Assembly (NCBI RefSeq): GCF_002571385.2
Contig: NW_019217788.1
Location: forward strand, 1,768,866-1,832,865
From: Stylophora pistillata
Lineage: Eukaryota
Length of the DNA stretch: 64,000 bases
Direction: 5' to 3'
The notes under the pieces were generated by a model. That model was not told the DNA's origin, ran no database searches, and saw nothing but the letters and a program-made list of their open reading frames with translations. Position numbers and translations under genes: made by a program. Shown here in pieces: positions 10,462-22,865 of this stretch; positions within the stretch are counted from its first letter, which is position 1; each line of letters begins with the position of its first letter.

Positions 10462-13400
10462 ATGGTATTTACTCCTGAGCAACTGAACTTTTTTAAGTTC
10501 TCTTCTGTTGTACTGGATGAGTTTCCAGTCGCTCTTCGCCAAGTCTTTATCTACATGTGGGACACTCTAGTCGCTTCTCCACCTGGTGCCCCAAAATGGG
10601 ACGACAGTGTGACGGTTCTCAACAATTTCCTCGCAAGAGAAGGTGGTGCAAAGAAAGTACCAATGCTAAGCAAATCCTCTAAGGAATGGGGCTGCACAGC
10701 TCTGTTTAACGCTACTCTGTTTGCGCAAACCTTTGCGTTACCAGACGGGACTGGTGGTATGAGCACTTTGGGTAAACTTTACGTCAAACCCCGTGCATTG
10801 CCTCCTGGTGCATTTCATTCATCTGTTATCAGCCCCTCTGGAGACTCGGCAGAGACTTACGCTTTAGCACTGGACCAGCTGCGCTTGCTACGAAATGCTC
10901 TCTGCCATCCAATGAACACTAAAGTAATGGATAAGGTAACTTTTGATCGCCACATTGCTTTTGCGAAAGAGGCATTCACTGCACTTGGTCAAAGTACCAC
11001 AAAAATCGATGAAATTGGAAATTTAGGCGAAGAAGACTTCCCTACTTCAAAAACCCAACAATTGGAAGACAAATTGAACAGAGAAAAAGCTGCTCAAATT
11101 TAAGCAGATCGACGATCATCTCAACAAAATCGAGTCACAAGTAAAAGATTTGACTACTGGAGTTTTGGAAGTCCAAACACGAGTGGAAGATGTCGGGTTA
11201 GACGTAAAAGATTTAGGGACAGAAATGTCAGACGTCAGAAAAGGATTGGAAGATTTCACATTAGTTGTAAAGACCACATTGGACAGTGTCGGCTCAGAAA
11301 TGAAACATGTGAAGACACGAGTAGAAGCGGTCCAGTTGGATGTCAAAAACCTGCACACCCCTCTTGGAGATATCTTGAAAGATGCGAAGACTGAAGTAAC
11401 AGATGTAATAACACGAGTGGAAGATGTATGGTCAGAAGTGAAAGATGTGAAGACAGGTATCAAAGCACAAACTGCAGAAGTAGGATCACTTGCTTCACAT
11501 ATGATGGAACTAAAAGCGAATGTTCCTTTCATGAAAGACGTTTTACAAGCAGAAAAGTCAACAGGTAGGCTAAATTAAACAGCGCTAGCGTTTCTGTTAA
11601 ATCTATCCTTCAGTGGTCTTGCCAGGCAGGCCGGCTTCCACTAAGACTTGGATTAAAAATACTGACGTCAAAGCAGACTGTCCACTGGTAAAGCAAACCT
11701 ACGGAACAAGTAGCAAATTATGCTTTCCTGGCCGCCAGAAAGGAAACCTTTAATTTGCGGATAATTTTTCGTAGTATCACTGTATCAATATTCTTAAACG
11801 ATAGTTTTTACTCATGCGTACTAATTGATCACATCCTTTACCTAACAGCCATTTGAACCACGACATAATTAGTTTCGCCGAGGATGTCGAATTGCCTATT
11901 CTCGTGAGTGGCCACCAGATGTCAGCTATGTTAATTTACGAGTTTCTCTTTATTTAAGGTCCACCATTTCCTGAGTCCTGTATCCCTTATAAAATCCCAC
12001 ACTTTGTTGGTCGCAAAGAAGAGTGCCAAAACATTTTAGATCAGTTGACAAATGGATCCACTCGACTGGTTGATGTTTGTGGTCCACCGGGATTTGGAAA
12101 GACCTCCGTGGCCATTCAGGTGGCACATGAGTTGCGAGAGAGAAAGATTCCGGTGTACTTTATATCCCTTCACGGCTTAAAAACCAGGGATGATTTAGTC
12201 TCAAATCTACTTGGAATACTTGTCGATGCCAAGCAGGCATTTTATGTATCACCCTCTGACTGGCTCATGCAATGTTTACAGAAATGGCAGTCACCTTTTG
12301 TCCTTATTCTAGACAATGCTGACGATCTACTTGAATCTGGAGATACCCAAGTGAGAGAAGATGTCCTTAGGTTTATCGAAGAGCTCCAAGCCAAATGTAA
12401 GCACATAAAACTTCTCGTCACTACCCCTGAATCCCTCGAAGATTTAAGTCATAAGCTCCCCATTCATCCGGAGAGAGTTGGTGTTCTGGATGAAGCCTCT
12501 TCTGATGAATTGGTGAGGACCCTGCTATCGAAGGTCTCTGAAAGCGACTGTAATTGCATATTGAAGAAGTGTGGATGTGTACCCCTGGCCATGAGATTGA
12601 TGTGTAGCATCATTACAGAACAAAATGTTTCGGTTGGTGAACTTTTAGAAGAACTAAATGATTCGCCTCTAGTTGAAGTTTTAGATAATGAAAGTTTGAC
12701 CAATGATGCGCGTCTGAAGACCATAATAAACACATCTTTTCAAAGACTTACAACCCTCGAAAGACATGCCTTTGTCGCCATCGCGGTATTTCCAGGTTGT
12801 TTTAGCAAGGATGAAGCTAGAGCTGTGTTGAATTCGAAAACTGTCGTTCAGGCAGGGAAAATTCTTCGATCGCTGAAACGAAAATCTTTACTAGACTGCA
12901 GCGACGATTTTGAGAACTTCACAATCCATTCTCTCCTACGATCCTTCGTCGAGCAACGTAGAATAGCGGAAGATGAAATTAAAAAACATTTCGCCGCAGC
13001 GCAACTTCGTTTTTACGATTATCACATTTCTAACTTCAGAGAGGCTAACGAAAAGTTTTTAACCGGTTCTTCAAATGAAGCATTTGAAGCCTTCCACAGC
13101 CAGCGGGAGAACATCCAGCTAGCTATTGTAAACGGAAGTAAAAATGACGATCTTTATTCTAAAGTCGTCGAGGCATTGTCGAAAGCCGAGTTATTTGTCT
13201 ATGCTGTACTACCCTGTCAAGAGCCACTACTCGATATCTACTCCACCTCAATAGAGGAAGCAAAGAAAAGACAACGTCGAGACGATGAATGCAAGTTACT
13301 TGCTGCCAAGTCCTTCAGCCTCTTGGGTGGGTTTTACTCGCGCCCTCGGAGTTGGGATCATTCCTTAAAAGGTGGTAATGAAAATGCCGAAAATCCTCCC

Positions 13401-15287
13401 GCAAAGTATTTGGTTTACCTTGGCATTCATCAACTGCTATCCCGAAATATTGAAGACGGCATATCGTCCCTCAGAGCGTCTGCGGATCGTCTTGGTAGTG
13501 ACAATGACGAAAGAATTCTCAAAATCCTTGCCTGTCATGTACTTGCTGTTTGTTACAGAAAAAAGATGGACAAGGAAAAGGCGTCTAAATTTGAAACCTT
13601 ATGTGTCAAAGAATGTGAATTGTCTTCATGTTGTCCTGCATTTCTTGATCTTTTTTTACCAAACAATGACAACGATGCAACCAGTGTCATCGAAAAAGAT
13701 GTATTCGTTTTCGCTGTTATGGCCGAGCTGTTACCGTTACTTTACAATAGACTCGAATTTGACCAGCAGACGGTAACTGAACTGTCCTTTATGACCCGTC
13801 ACTTCAAAAGATTTCAGAATGTCATACTTAAGTTATTTGATGAAGGAATTCTCTGTACCAGGGTGCTTGAGGCTTGCTGCAATGCATTATTTAATTTAAA
13901 GTGTTACAGGGAAGCTGCTGAAGGCTTTCAAAGGATAACAGACAAACTAGAAGCCCTCGAAAGCAGGAGCAAAAGTGCAAGTGAAACTTACTTTGTCCAT
14001 GGCTCAGCGCTCGAACAACTGAAGAACTTCAAGGAGGCTTTCCACTATTACGAGAAATCGGTAGCCATCAAAATGGAACTTTTGAATCGACCTGAAGGAA
14101 CACACGACATCGAAGAAATTGATGATTTTGTTTCGACACTCTTGAGTTGTCTCAAAACCCAATATCTTTGCAACGCTACCGCTGTTGGTCATCCTGACAG
14201 TCTCAAAGCCACCTTTGAAGAGCTGAAAACTGTTGTACAGTCTGAGTCACTGAATGTTTCCAGTAAAAATCACGATGAGATTTCTAATCGTTGCAAGATG
14301 TTCGCAGACTGTCAGTTTTGGATGAAGGACTTCGCTGGGGCACTCGAGTCATATCAGCAGGCGATAGCCATAACAGAAGAGCATGACAGTGATCAAGTCA
14401 AATTAGCAGCGTGTCTTTTTAGTAAAGGAACTACGCATTTCGAAATGGAAAACTACACTGAAGCTATCAAAGCATGTCAAAGTGCTTTGAATTTGGGAAT
14501 TTTGGACGGCCAAGATACAGCTAATATCTACCATAAACTTGGATTGAGTTACTGTGCGCTTAATGACTTTAGCAAATCTCTAGAAGGACATCAACAAGCC
14601 TTAAAGCTCATGAAGACACATTTAGGTGACCACGATCTGACAGCTTCGAGTCTCAAGGAAATTGGAGTTGTGTACTTCAGAATGGGACGTTATGATGCTG
14701 CTGAAGAGAAACTTCAAAATGCTGCCGACCTTATGACAGAAATATCCAAAACAGAACATGAAGAAACCGCCAATGCGCTGTTTTACCTCGGCGAAGTATA
14801 TTTGGCACTGGGAAAGCACAAGGAAGCTTGTGACTCTGGTAAAGAGGCTCTGAAAATTAGACTGAGATTACTGGGTGAGCACATAGATACAGCTGTAAGC
14901 TTTCACTCTTTGGGATCTATCTATTTCGAGATGAATGATGTCAGAAGAGCTGTTTCGTGCTTTCAGAGAGCATCGGAGCTCAAACAAAAGCTTCTTGGAG
15001 AACATTTAGAGACAGCACGGAGCCATCACTGCCTTGGTGAGGCGCAGATGCTCCAGGGTAATACTGTGGATGCTATAGGTTCCCTGCGCACTGCCTTGAG
15101 TATCAGAGAGAAGAATTTCGGATCCCATTCTGACACGGCTGCGACTTTAGAACTGCTAGGGCGCGCTTTTAGAGCCGAGGGACAATCTGATTCAGCTTGC
15201 TTTTGTACCAGACGCGCACTTGAAATGAAGAGGCAGCGACAAGCAGAGCAGAAAAGTCACACGAATGATAATTGCACTATCATGTAA
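10462..15287 (+). pseudogene. HEPN-coiled coil-STAND(NB-ARC)-TPR gene copy 1; exons 10462-11564 and 11959-15287; frameshift at about 11093 separates HEPN from the rest
   Basis: HEPN motif LRLLRNALCH; phase-1 intron (ACAG|gtaggc...tttaag|GT); Walker A GPPGFGKT, Walker B LILDNADD, GCVPLAM, IHSLL; C-terminal 42-aa TPRs (LGEH.DTA.S.H.LG). Net 5-nt deletion versus the paralogues gives TAA at 11101-11103. Confidence 0.85.
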
Positions 15288-16023
15288 AAGTATTCTCTGG
15301 AGTATTATTTCAAGGTGCAAACTGGTATGCTATTCTTCCCTTTTGATAATTTTATCCCTAACCGGTCACAGTAAAAGTTCTTTATAATTTTCATGTTTGT
15401 GAAAAGTTAAGAAATTTAGAACTTATATCATGTGAGCTGACAGAAGTAACGAACGAAAATTGAAAAGTGTTACGATTTTTTCGAGGAGAAGTGATTGAGA
15501 ACACTTATAATGCTTATTGATTTAAGGTAATTCCTCAGTATTGCAGTGCACATCCTGAACTGCGCATAGAAATCTAATACTCATTCGAATAAGTCCGCGC
15601 GCATTCCGTGAACACGGTAATGTTTTTCAATAAATGGACCATTGGAAGAAAAGTGATACAGCGGTCTTTAGCTCTTAAATGAGCACAGTGACCTATATCT
15701 TTTATTGCACAGTTTTGATGTACAAATTATCCTCGTAAAGTATGAGAAATTAAAAACAAATTCATCTAAAAATATATATATAGCTAAAAGTGTGCACGAA
15801 GCCCGTTAATCGACGATGCAAATTATTACCTTAAAAGCGGTGACTTCAGTTAAGGAACGTTTTGAGTCGATGTCGTCTAAAATTTCGGGATTTTTCTACA
15901 AATTTTGCATCTGATATCGATTTTCTAAAGTAAATTCCACCTATTAGTTTGACTCACATAATGAAGGATTTCATCTCATACCTCATTCATAAAACTTGTT
16001 TAGTTAAACCGGGTTTATCTGAA

Positions 16024-16474
16024 TTAATAATATACATGAAAACATTTCTCAGTTCTGATTGGTTAAGATGAATGCAGTTTTCAATTAATTCAGTGCAGAA
16101 GAGGGTTAATTCAGTGCACAGAAAGAAACAAACCAGACATTCTGATTGGTCAGAATGATTAGTCAATGGCAATGTAAAGGTCAATGTAAAGGTCAATGTA
16201 AAGGTCAATGTAAAGGTCAATGTAAAGGTCAATGTCAAGGTCAATGTCAAGGTCGATGTCACTTGCAGGGTTTGAATAAATTATTTTTGCACGTGATGCG
16301 CGCGCTTTTCTTCTGCGTAGTTATGAGAAGCTACCTCGTATTTTTCATGTATATTATTAATAGATAATCACATGATTTCTCGTGCAATTTGGAATAAATA
16401 AGCACTTGTAAATTTTTTCAAAGACCACAAATTGCACTCGCCCTACGGGCTCATGCAATTTTGTTTGTCTTTGA

Positions 16475-16510
<36 letters not shown>

Positions 16511-16530
16511 TCGAAATCATGTGATTACCT
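16024..16530. mobile_element. Non-autonomous element: subterminal inverted repeats, internal 12-bp tandem array (CAATGTAAAGGT, about 16170-16260) and about 165-bp terminal hairpin (16365-16527)
   Basis: taataatatacatgaaaa / tttttcatgtatattatta inverted pair; taatcacatgatttc...gccctacgggc...gaaatcatgtgatta fold-back. Confidence 0.8.
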
Positions 16531-18499
16531 TTACGAAACTCAGGAACAGAAAAACTGAATTTTCCACAGGTTTCAAAAAGTAACTAATTTGCATTTTGCA
16601 TGTGCACAAAAGAAACTTAAATCGTGTTTAATAAAATAGCTTTTAAATATAGTTAAGCTTTAGTGTGAATGAGGTATTAAAGAAAAATGTTTTCCCCTCA
16701 GAGACATCAAGCGAAACTCTAAACCCTCCGCACACCGTGACATATCGCCGCTTGGAGATTTTCGATTGGATACTGTTTTGTTGTGTGCCTCTCCTGAAAA
16801 ATGAATAGAAGCGAATAGAAATTAACAAAGTCACAAGCTTTCCTTATTTAGCTCGACCGTCCTTCAGCTTGTTCGCGATCGCGACGTTCAGTTTCTTAAC
16901 AGTACCAAGCAACCTCTCTACGTTATCAGATATAGCATCGCGCGTGCGTTAGTTTGGTTAGAAATGTTTTTTAAAGCTATTCTTGATGATAAACTAGTGA
17001 GCGACACTTTGCGAATTATAACGATAAAAACTTTTCTTTAGTCTCCCACCGGTATGATGCTTACTAGGAAAAAATCGCGCTGCTGTGACGCACCTGTGTA
17101 CAGATTACGGCACTACCTTTCAAGGGTAGATGCAAGAAGCAGCCGAAAATTCTTTCGGCGCAATCACAACATCGATTGGCGTTCACAATGCGACATAATT
17201 TCTGACATGACTAGGCATAAAATGAATACTACTGATTACGGAACTGCCCTGCAACCATTAACAAGAATACTAAGCCAGCCACAAATTGATCAATTTAGCA
17301 TTTCAGCAGACATTGTCTTACAGAAGAACGAAGCTAACCACAACGCAATGTCGCACCTGAAAAACAATAGCTGATACTTCAATTTTGAAATCATCATTCA
17401 CTTGTTTACAACAGTATTTAGACAGGGCAACTGTGAGTAATATATAGGAATGTTTCGATCACGGTACATATCGGTGACCGATAAATTCAGTTGTGAAATA
17501 AACTTTTGGCTCCACAATTCAGCGGGTTCGTCTATTGTAATAAAAGTTGCACTTTTTTACCGTAGCAACTGACATTTTGTCCAATCCATACGATATGTCA
17601 GCATAAGATAATGCCTGCTAGATATAAAGAAATCCCATACGATAACTTCAAGTCAGATTGATCATTGCTGTTGTTTTAAAGATTAAAGATAGCACAATCG
17701 GTTCCACTGGCATAGGGCACTCAGTATGCTCGAGATCTTCTTTTACCCTCTCCCTCTCCCTGTCACGTGATCCTATTGCGTAATTTTAATTTCCTCATCA
17801 TTAGGCCTCATCAACCACATGCGGCTCAAGCGTACTGTGTGTGATTTTGGGGTCTAAAGGTCATTAACGGGAATACCTAAAATAAGCAACAGTGTATACA
17901 CACTTTGATAATAGCACAACACGCACTACACAGAAAGTCGCCAAAGCAGCTCTCCATAGCTCTTCACACGTACGAGATACGTGAACGTGGTTGCTGGTTG
18001 CGCGTGTCGTGGCATTTTACACTCAGTCATAAACTTCCTTCCATTCTCAATATTTTAGCACCATTCAGTCTTAGAAAGCATGAAGGAAATCAAATCTAAC
18101 GAGGGAATTTTAGAAGGGCCCTGCTCCCTCACACAGGGACATGTTCGAGGTGCTGCCAACAGAGTTAGCAGAAATAAACAATTGATAATTAAAATTCAGT
18201 TACCCGCACAAATATTCGACAAAAAAACTACTACTTAAGCTTTGTTTCTGCCTCACGCCTTCCCTCATGGAAAGAAGCTGATCTCATTATCAGCCTATAA
18301 TTCCCAGAAGTGAAAAACATTTGACTTATCAAAAAACATACATATAATTTTTAAATGTTGCATGGACACAATGATCAATAATATATAAAATTATGTTGTC
18401 TTTTTTTTTTCTTTTTTTTTTTTCTAACCATTTTCACTGCATTACCGCAGTAGGGTAGGACTAGAACGGAACATATGCGAACCATGCGAGTAGTCCACC

Positions 18500-18790
18500 C
18501 AATAAATCCCACCCATCCAACCCAGGGGAGGACATCCATCACACAGTAATCTCGTGCGTGGGAAATAAACGTCTCCTACCCCTAGCCCTGTAGGAGACGG
18601 GACCTCCATTTGTTCGTCCCTATCCGAGAAGACTAGAATATCTAACCATTTCTTGATGTTTGAGAAATGTAGCATATTATTCTCAACTATTTTAAGACCT
18701 CGAGTGTTGGTCCGGCCGGGGCTTGAACCCTCGACCTCCCACACAACAGTCCAGTTCCATATCCGTTGAGCGAACCGGGAGGCGGTTAGC
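18500..18790 (-). mobile_element. tRNA-derived SINE (second copy about 43110-43390)
   Basis: The two loci share tatccgagaagactagaat.tcta.ccatttc...ttttaagacc..gagtgttggtcc.gcc.gggct. A B-box-like GGTTCAAGCCC is on the minus strand. Confidence 0.75.
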
Positions 18791-18799
18791 CGGTCTGCA

Positions 18800-19240
18800 T
18801 CTTATAGCAGATGCAGATGTACATTTGAACTTAAAGTCTTTAAAATAATCTTCAGAACTGACTCGCTTCCTAAGCTGATTAAAATTGAGGGACGCCGATG
18901 CTTCCTTATCATTGTAGTTAACAAAGTTCCATAACGAAGCTGCTCTATATGAGAGAGAGTGTTTCATATGTCTTGACTCATACCTTGGTGCGAGAAGACG
19001 ATTCTGGTCTCGAGTGAAGTAAGTGCCAACTCGTTTTCGGCCAATATTCTCATACAATTTATGTAACGAAGAATTGTTCGTACATGTATAGGTGGAAGAC
19101 TTAAAAGTGTTAGATTGTCTTTGTTTGACAGGATGGGTGATATTTCTGTACGGTAAACGAGAAAGAACGGAGAGGAAATTCTGAATTGTGACTTTTCTAT
19201 AGCTGTTCTTCACCCTGGACGGTAAGTTCTGATGCATCTA
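18800..19240 (-). mobile_element. LINE (CR1/L2-type) ORF2 3' relic
   Basis: Translation YFTRDQNRLLAPRYESRHMKHSLSYRAASLWNFV resembles the Y.LR....L..P........SF.YR.A.LWN C-terminal signature of L2/CR1 reverse transcriptase ORFs. Confidence 0.6.
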
Positions 19241-21865
19241 GTCTTTTTATCCTAGAGGTCTTGTCTTCCCCTCTGAAAGTACGCGTAAGTTGAAAAATTT
19301 TCGGTCTTTTGCTGTTGAAATTTTGGTGTCATTCTGTGAGACGTGTCTATCGAGAGCAGCTATGATTACTTATGTTGATTTGGCAAACGATAGCAGTTCG
19401 TGAGCAGGTGGTATTCTACAAATCCTGCGATCTGATTGGTTCCAATAGCTGCCAATATTTTTCCTTCCGGCCCGTTTTGTGTTAAGTCGCCTTGCAGAAT
19501 ATTTTTAGCTTTGTTGCAATATATCTTGTTTTTGCCGGCTAGGCAGCACTTTTAAGCAAATACTTCGGTCACGACCTTTAGCTGATGAATAACCACATAA
19601 TTCTTTCTTCTCTCTCTGCCAAATTACTCTGGTTTTTCCGCAAAAAAATGATTTCGAAATAAATTTAAACTGTTAGTTTTTTTAAAAAGATTGACACAGC
19701 CTGAAATCATTTGTAATTTGATAATCCCACAGGGGGCCCATACAATCTGTTTGTGTAGTAAATGTATCAGATTTACCGTTTGCCTCACCTCTAGCGATAT
19801 ATTGCTGACCATGTAAATGAATCAAAGATAAATAAACGTTGAATTACCTTACCTGTGGTGTATAGTCGTCCTTTTGCTTCAAAAAATGATTTTTTAGCGA
19901 TTTTGAATAAGTTTGAGTTCGTCGTTGATTGTCACTTATTGTAGAAGGACAAGGGTGGAAACCTTGTTTTGAAAGGGTTCCAGCGCACGAGCGATTTTTC
20001 CCCCGAAAATCGCATTGCTCCGCTTTCAAACTTCGCAGCATTAAGGCCAAAAGAACTTTCCGTGTAAGACTCCTGTCCAAATATACCTCAATGTTCTCAT
20101 TGCGTCAGAGTTTTTCATGGATGGTTATGTTGGTGAAACCTTAAAGTTGAAACAAATCTACGAAGGTAAATTTTTCTTGGCGAAAGGTGAGGACTCGCGC
20201 TTACCTCTACGCACATGAAAACTGAAAAAAAAAACTTTTTTTGTTCACTATCAAGTTATTGACTTTAAGTAGAATTTTAGAAACAACTGCGAAAGTGTGG
20301 AAAAAAGTCTCAATTTTCCTTTTTATTAGGGAATTTGACATGAATACAATGTGGCCACCAATTTCCTGCTAATACCGTTGCTGTATCATTTATTGACAAA
20401 AGTGTTGTTGCACCTTTTCCCGGGTATGGCCGCCATTCCAACCTTTATCGTAAAAAGATAGGTAGAAGAGGATCAAGTCAATAGACTCAAATACGATCTT
20501 ATTCCCGTGGTTATCTCCCTTCGATGATTTTCGGACTTCCAACATCTGGTCTCCTGAGAATTATACGACAAATGCCATGTCCATTGATACTATGTTCACG
20601 CGAATAAAATCTGCGACACAGGATTGGTTCTTTCCAGGTCTTCCTGAGATCTCAGGAAACTGCATTGAAGGGAAAGTAGTAACGAAATGACATCATCTTA
20701 AATTCCATGGAAATATTAAGTTTTAAGGCATTCAGACTGATTGTTCAGGAAAGATTATCTCAAGAAAATGGTGAGAAAACACAAGGTTAGCAAAATGTTC
20801 CTGGATACTCGTGGAAAAGCATGAAAAAGAGTATGTTCTTTTCCCTAATTCTCTCATTGAATGAGGATAGTCCTGAAAAGAGGGTCTCATTAGGGTGGTT
20901 GAAATTTTGGCCAATTTTCGGCCAAAGTGTGTCATCTCTCCATTGATGCCAACAAAAAAGTTTTGAGGGTTAATCTTTTGTTACGACTGACGAATAAAAT
21001 TGGTAAATTTTTATGACCAACGGTTACATTTGTTGTCATTTGTTGGCCATTTTACGACAAACGGTCAACCCCATTTAGACCCTCTCTTCAGTCTCTCTCG
21101 TTGAGTGAGATTGAAGGTTCCACGACATGAGTAAAGATCAGCATTATTACAAACGCGCTTTTTCCACACTGTTGATCGCGATCTCAAGGATTTTTGGGAT
21201 ACCTGTGTTTGCGCACATGATCTAAACCGTTGGAAGGAGAGGAACAAATTAAAGGGAAGTTGTTTGCCACATATCGAGTTACTTCAGCCTCCCTGCTCGC
21301 AAGAACAATCGCCCGACGTTCTCGCAAGCGCGTTTCATCAGCTCAGAGGTGATTAAGAGGAAAGCTTTAAACATTTTTGCATGCCGGTGAGTGAGACGCA
21401 GTAAACTTCGTGCTCTCTCTGGTTTTCTGAATGTAAATAAGATGTTTATGTTGCAGAGGAAGGGACTCTGGACAAAAATGTGGATAATAATGAAGCCTAG
21501 CCTCTAAGTGGATCTTAGGCGACAAAATTACATCTGTTCTGAAGATTCCCTGAGCTTTCTCTGAATTTAGGTAGGCGAGTATCGATTTGTTTTCCATCAC
21601 GCAGGATTTGTCGGATATGTCATACTCTACCTTCAAAATAGACAATTTCTGCTCGATTTTGTTGTCACTTAACTTAAGCCAAAAATATTGTAATAAAACG
21701 TAGTCTCTTCTTATGTTTGCATTTCCCCCACACTTTGACTTAAGTCAGGAGGACAAAACACGACTCTCTCAGGTAAAGTCGAGTAAGATAGTCACTCTGT
21801 CAAAGTTGGAATTTCTCGATCATCGAAAAGGTTGAAATTTACTTTGTGCGCGCATATTAGATACG

Positions 21866-21910
21866 TATTTCCGCTTTCGGTTATGGGTTGGGACTTTCCC
21901 CAAAAGTTCT
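21866..21910 (+). promoter_or_regulatory. IRF/Ets-like TTTCCGCTTTCGG plus NF-kB GGGACTTTCC (21890-21899) upstream of HEPN-STAND copy 2
   Basis: Exact kB decamer 976 bp upstream of the ATG at 22866, inside a block homologous to about 9420-9780. Confidence 0.7.
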
Positions 21911-22865
21911 ACACCTCTCTGGAACGTTTGATCAATAACCTCATTCTAAATGGTAGTTGCAGTAAAGAAATGGAAATTAGAGTCAAAATCGCAACATCTT
22001 CGAGGAATTGATATGATGCCCCTTAAGGACTTTTCTCGCTTTCGCGAAGGGAATGTTATGAGAGGGTAATTTATTAAATTCAGATGATCAGTCGTGGACC
22101 GTACCGTATGATCATTTCCTTCAGAAAGTAATAGCTTCAAATTCCTAAGTTTTCCCTAACGCTAAACTGAAATTTAAGTATAGAACTTAATGATTCTTTG
22201 TGAATCATTGTCCTATCGTATGCCTTGATTTTCTAGTAGTGAGATGTGGCTGTAGGGGGAAGAGGACAAGGCGGGAGCCTCGCTTCCTTTCCACAACCTG
22301 GGATCTCTCTGGATCCCCGCTGCTTCGTGGTCGATTCCCTATTAACTGAGCAATAAAAATACTCAGCTAGGATCAAAATTAAGAAGGGTGTTTGGGATTT
22401 TATCACGAACGATGACCCTGAGCAAGATTATTGTAGTAATCATTTCATCGTTTTAAACCTTACTCCTGTCCGTCTTGTTTCATTTCTGCTTAGCTCAGGA
22501 ATGATGTAAACAATGTTACAGTGCCCTAAAGACGACTTCTAAGTTATCCAGCAAACCAATAGATCAAAATCGGAAGTGTTACACGCACTTTATTTAATTG
22601 AATTTCACGAATCACTTTGTAGGATCTTACTCATAACGTTCCAATAACAAAATATTCTACTGCAGAAATATTTTTTTAGTCGACCATGCAGCCGTGTAGA
22701 GATAGTTGTAGGTGACTGTTTCAGTTTGGATATTAGTACAAAATTTGCTGACTCAAGTTTTTAAGAAGTTAGCAGAACAACAAACGCACCACTTATTTCT
22801 CTACTTGCAGGTCCCTACGGTTTCTTCGCCGCTCGTTAAAAACATACGTCGCATGCCCTACAATC

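Noticed and set aside
11095-11104. Programmed +1 frameshift at ATT-TAA-G rejoining HEPN to STAND
   Set aside because: The paralogues show a simple deletion at this spot, and there is no convincing slippery codon or stimulator.
12920-12945. IHS/IHA/MHS in place of the MHD motif as a sign of autoactivity
   Set aside because: Non-Asp residues at this position are common in NB-ARC-TPR proteins outside plants, so it is uninformative.
16146-16367. Cys-rich ORF (QCKG)n resembling a metallothionein, and the antisense (TF/TL)n ORF
   Set aside because: These are translations of a 12-bp tandem repeat inside a non-autonomous element.
18700-18790. tRNA gene
   Set aside because: A B-box is present but there is no full cloverleaf; it is the head of a SINE repeated at about 43300-43390.
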